NCBI GenBank assembly: GCA_038087875.1
Contig: JAXLNO010005255.1
Coordinates: 62,001 to 126,000, forward strand
DNA: 64,000 nt
From: Malacoraja senta
Lineage: Eukaryota
Direction of reading: 5' to 3'
Position 1 is the stretch's first letter, and every line of letters begins with the position of its first letter. This document shows, one piece after another, positions 60,545-64,000 of this stretch. Under the pieces are notes generated by a model. That model made no database searches. It had not been told where the DNA came from and worked only from the letters and a program-made list of their open reading frames with translations. A program made the position numbers and the translations under genes.

Positions 60545-61209
60545 GTGAGTTCAGAACAAAGGATGTTGTTTTGTGATGGTAGGCAATGAGTAATATTTCA
60601 CTCTGAGGCAATGAGTAATATTATCTCTGACCCAATCATGACAGAGGGAAAGGTCATTCGGCCCATTGATTCTATGCTAGTTTTCTATGCAATGTCGACA
60701 AACTGTTCCACAGCTCTCTCTCACAACTTGCACTCAGCTCCCTCGGATTCTCCTTGCATTCAGCTCTACGACGGATAATTTGCAATGTCCAACTAACTCA
60801 CCGGCACGTCTTTGGTATACGGGACAAAACTGGAGCACATGGAGGAAGCCAACTGAGTCATAAGGTCATAAGTGATGGGTGCAGCATTAGAACATTCGGC
60901 CCATCAAGTCGACTTCGCCAGTCAATCATGGCTGATCTATCTCTCCCTCCTAACCCCATTCTCCTGCCTTCTCCCCATAACCCCTGACGTGCATACTAAT
61001 CAAGAATTAAAAATATCCATTGACGGACTCCACAGCCTTCTGTGGTAAATAATTCCACAGAATCACCACCCTCTGACAAAATAAATTCCTCCTCATCTCT
61101 TTCCTAAAGGAATGTCCTTTAATATTGAGACTATGACCTCTCGTCATAGACTCTCCCACCATTGGAGACATCCTCTCCACATCCACATCTATCCAAGCCT
61201 TTCACTATT

Positions 61210-62535
61210 TGTTTGTTTTTAAAATATTTTTATTAGAAGCATGTGCATATCATAATACAAACATTTCTTATATATCAATCCTACTTAGCTAATAGGTGGG
61301 AGTCCAGCTATCAAAATAATAGTGGTCCTCCTTTATCAATTGTATATTAAATCTGCTTCTATTTAGTTTTTTTTTATAGATAGAAAGTGAGAAATTAAAA
61401 AAAAAAGGCATGAAAAAGAAGAATGGAATAATTTACCAATAATACAACTTTGGAGATAGGTCCGTAGGTTATAAAGCATAACTATTCATCTAATCCTGAG
61501 CTTGGATTTCAGTCAGATTCCTATGCTGAACCAATTTACCCTTTCAAAAAATCAATAAATGGAGACCATATTCTATTAAATAATTCATGTTTTTCAATTA
61601 AGACAAGTCTAGTTCTTTCCAAATGTAAGGTCTCCGACATTTCCATAATCCACATTTTAATTGTGGGGGTTATAGGACCTTTCCAAAATTTTAATATTAA
61701 TTTTTTCCCAATTATTATACTATAATCAAGAAAGTTTCTTTGGTTTATTGTAAGTCTTAGGCTTTGTTCTGATATTCCTAATATTATTATGAGTCGGGAT
61801 CCAATTGGGTATTGACTAATTCAGAAATTATTCTGAAAATGTCCGTCCAGAAATTTTTGATTTTTATACAATTTACAAAGGTATGAGTTAAGTTAGCCTC
61901 TAAATGCTGGCATTTATCACAAATAGGAGAGATATGTGGGAAGATTCTATTTAATTTTGTTTTAGAATAATGTCATCTATGTAATACTTTAAATTGTATT
62001 AAGGCATGTCTGGCATTTAATGAGCATTGATGTATATATTGTAGACTTTCGTCCCAAATATCTTTCGTTATGGGTTGGCCTAATTCATTTTCCCATGTGT
62101 GTCTATATAAATCCGTCGGCGGGACCTCACTATCTAAGAGGGTATTATAAATATGAGATATTAATTTTTCTGTATTAGGATGTTTATTCAAACATTCATC
62201 AAGGATTTCTGGTTCCCTAGTTCTGTAATCTTGTGTATTTGATTTAATGTAATCTCTAAGCTGTAAATATCTAAAAAAGTTATTTGAGTGTGGTCCGTAA
62301 ATCTGTTGTAACCCCTGAAATTACAGAAAAGTGCCTTTCCTATAAAGATGTCCCATCTTTTTAATTCCTTAATTTTTCCATTGTGTAAAGCCTTTATCCA
62401 ACATGGAAGGTTTGAATAAAGGGTTGTTTATAATGGGGAGACAGTGACAATTATCCAATTTTAAAGTCTTTTTTAACTGTTTCCAAATTCGTATACCACT
62501 ATATATTATAGGATTTTCACTATAGGTGTTTTAAT
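61210..62535 (-). mobile_element. L1-clade LINE ORF2 3' fragment
   Basis: LISHIYNTLL...WENELG..I..DIW..SLQ.IHQCSLNARHALIQFKVLHR, downstream Cys/His knuckle region, A-rich tail at ~61210-61235. Confidence 0.85.
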
Positions 62536-62539
62536 GCAA

Positions 62540-62830
62540 TTTTGTGGGAGCAAACATAATCGAACCAATTTCAAAAGGCAAACAGTCTTTCACTATTTTG
62601 TATGATTCAATGAGGTCCCCCCTTATTCTTCTAAACCCCAGCAAGTACAGGCCCACTGCCATCAAATGGTCATCATATGTTAACCCATTCAATCCTGGGA
62701 TCATTCTTGTACACCTCCTCTGGACCCTCTCCAGAGCCAGCACATCCTTCCTCAGATATGGTGCCCAAAATTGCTCACAATGCTCCAAATGTGGCCTGAC
62801 CGGCGCCTTATAGAACCTCAGCATTACATC
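62540..62830 (-). mobile_element. CR1 RT fragment
   Basis: FYKAPVRPHLEHCEQFWAPYLRKDVLALERVQRRCTRMIPG. Confidence 0.85.
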
Positions 62831-64000
62831 CCTGTTTGACAGGGAGAAAGTGTAATTGATGTCTTTCATATTAGTTAACCATGGATTTTCTTGACCACAG
62901 TTGACAGCCCCTAATGGGATTGCATGTCTATCACACGTCTCTATAGAGCACAGCGTTAAGCTTCGAAGGGCAAAATTTACACGAGATGTGCAGGTCAAGT
63001 GTTTTTTTGCACAGAGAGAGCTTGATACCTAGAATGCGCTACCAGGAGTGGTGGTAGAGGAGGACATGATAATGGTGCTTAAGAAAGTTTTGGACAGGCT
63101 CGTGGGTATGCAGGGAATACAAGGATATGGAACACATGCAGGCAGTGGAGATGAGTTTTGGTTTAGTTTAGAGATAGAGTATGGAAACAGGATCTTTGGG
63201 CCACTGAGTCTGCACTGACCAGCAATTGCCCATTCACTATTTTTGTCCTACAAGCTAGGGACAATTTACAGAAGCCAATTAACCTACAAACCTGCACGTC
63301 TTTTGTATTTGGGAGGAAACCGGAGCCCCCAGAGAAAACCCACAAGGTGACAGAGAGAACGTACAAACTCCGTCCAGACAGCACTCTAGTCAGGATCGAA
63401 CCCGGGTCTCTAATGCTGTAAGACAGCCACTCTATCACTGCGCCACTGTTTTGCCTTAGTTTAACTTGGTATCCTGTTCGACATGGACATTGCAGGCTGA
63501 AAGTCCTGTTCTTGTACTGTTCTATGTTCTATATATTCTCATTGGACATGGCAGAGTTTTCCACTCCTCCAGCCTCCATGTTGAATACTTACTCCCAGTT
63601 TAAATCTGATTCAATTAGTCAATCCATTTCTCCCTCCCCTCCTGCCCTGATCCCCATTCTATATTTTGAAATAGTCATTCCCTTTTTCACTCCCTGGTCT
63701 GTCTACTATCCCCACAACTTTCCTCTACTTTCCTGTCTTGGTGCATGCAACATCTATCCATTTACCTCTTCCCTTCCCACTGTCCATAGACCCAGGTAGT
63801 TCTTCAAAGTGAAACAGCGTGAAACACTTGCACTTCCAGTCAAATCTACTGCATATGGTTTTCATGACGTAATCTTCCACATTGCATCAATGAAACAAAT
63901 TGAATGGCTGCTTTCTGGAGAACCTGCATTCAATCCATGGGACTTTCTAAGATTCCTAATTCCTGCCACTTTAATTCTCCATTCAACACCCACCATGATC

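Noticed and set aside
2421-63799. Most remaining short ORFs in the six-frame track
   Set aside because: They are alternative frames or antisense reads of SINE, LINE and Penelope copies or low-complexity DNA, with no coherent protein signal.
60545-64000. Search for the alpha3 (Ig C1), TM and cytoplasmic exons
   Set aside because: I found no C-x-x-x-G-F-Y-P or similar motif. The region is CR1, L1, SINE and Penelope remnants, so these exons presumably lie beyond the window.

Overview
Repeat-saturated vertebrate genomic DNA. The repeat families (HE1/V-SINE-like SINEs, CR1/HER1-like LINEs, Penelope-like elements) point to a cartilaginous fish, probably a skate or ray (inference). The one host gene I can support is an MHC class I-like gene on the + strand: leader exon 21740-21791, alpha1 exon 45774-46034 and alpha2 exon 60271-60544, with introns of about 24 kb and 14 kb. 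I found no alpha3 or later exons in the window. It appears nonclassical, with a hydrophobic predicted groove and partial loss of peptide-anchor residues. As sequenced, it has a 2-nt deletion in alpha2 that creates a premature stop. Mobile DNA includes: a PIF/Harbinger element with a frameshifted transposase and a convergent spliced second gene; several Harbinger MITEs; a decayed hAT Charlie/Buster element with a second hAT nested inside it; a DIRS tyrosine-recombinase fragment; and L1, RTE, Rex1 and CR1 fragments. Roughly 25-30 Penelope-derived ends (counted by eye) carry minimal hammerhead-ribozyme cores, often as foldback hairpins or tandem arrays. All alignments were done by eye. Exon, TSD and TIR coordinates were counted to the base; other repeat boundaries are approximate.
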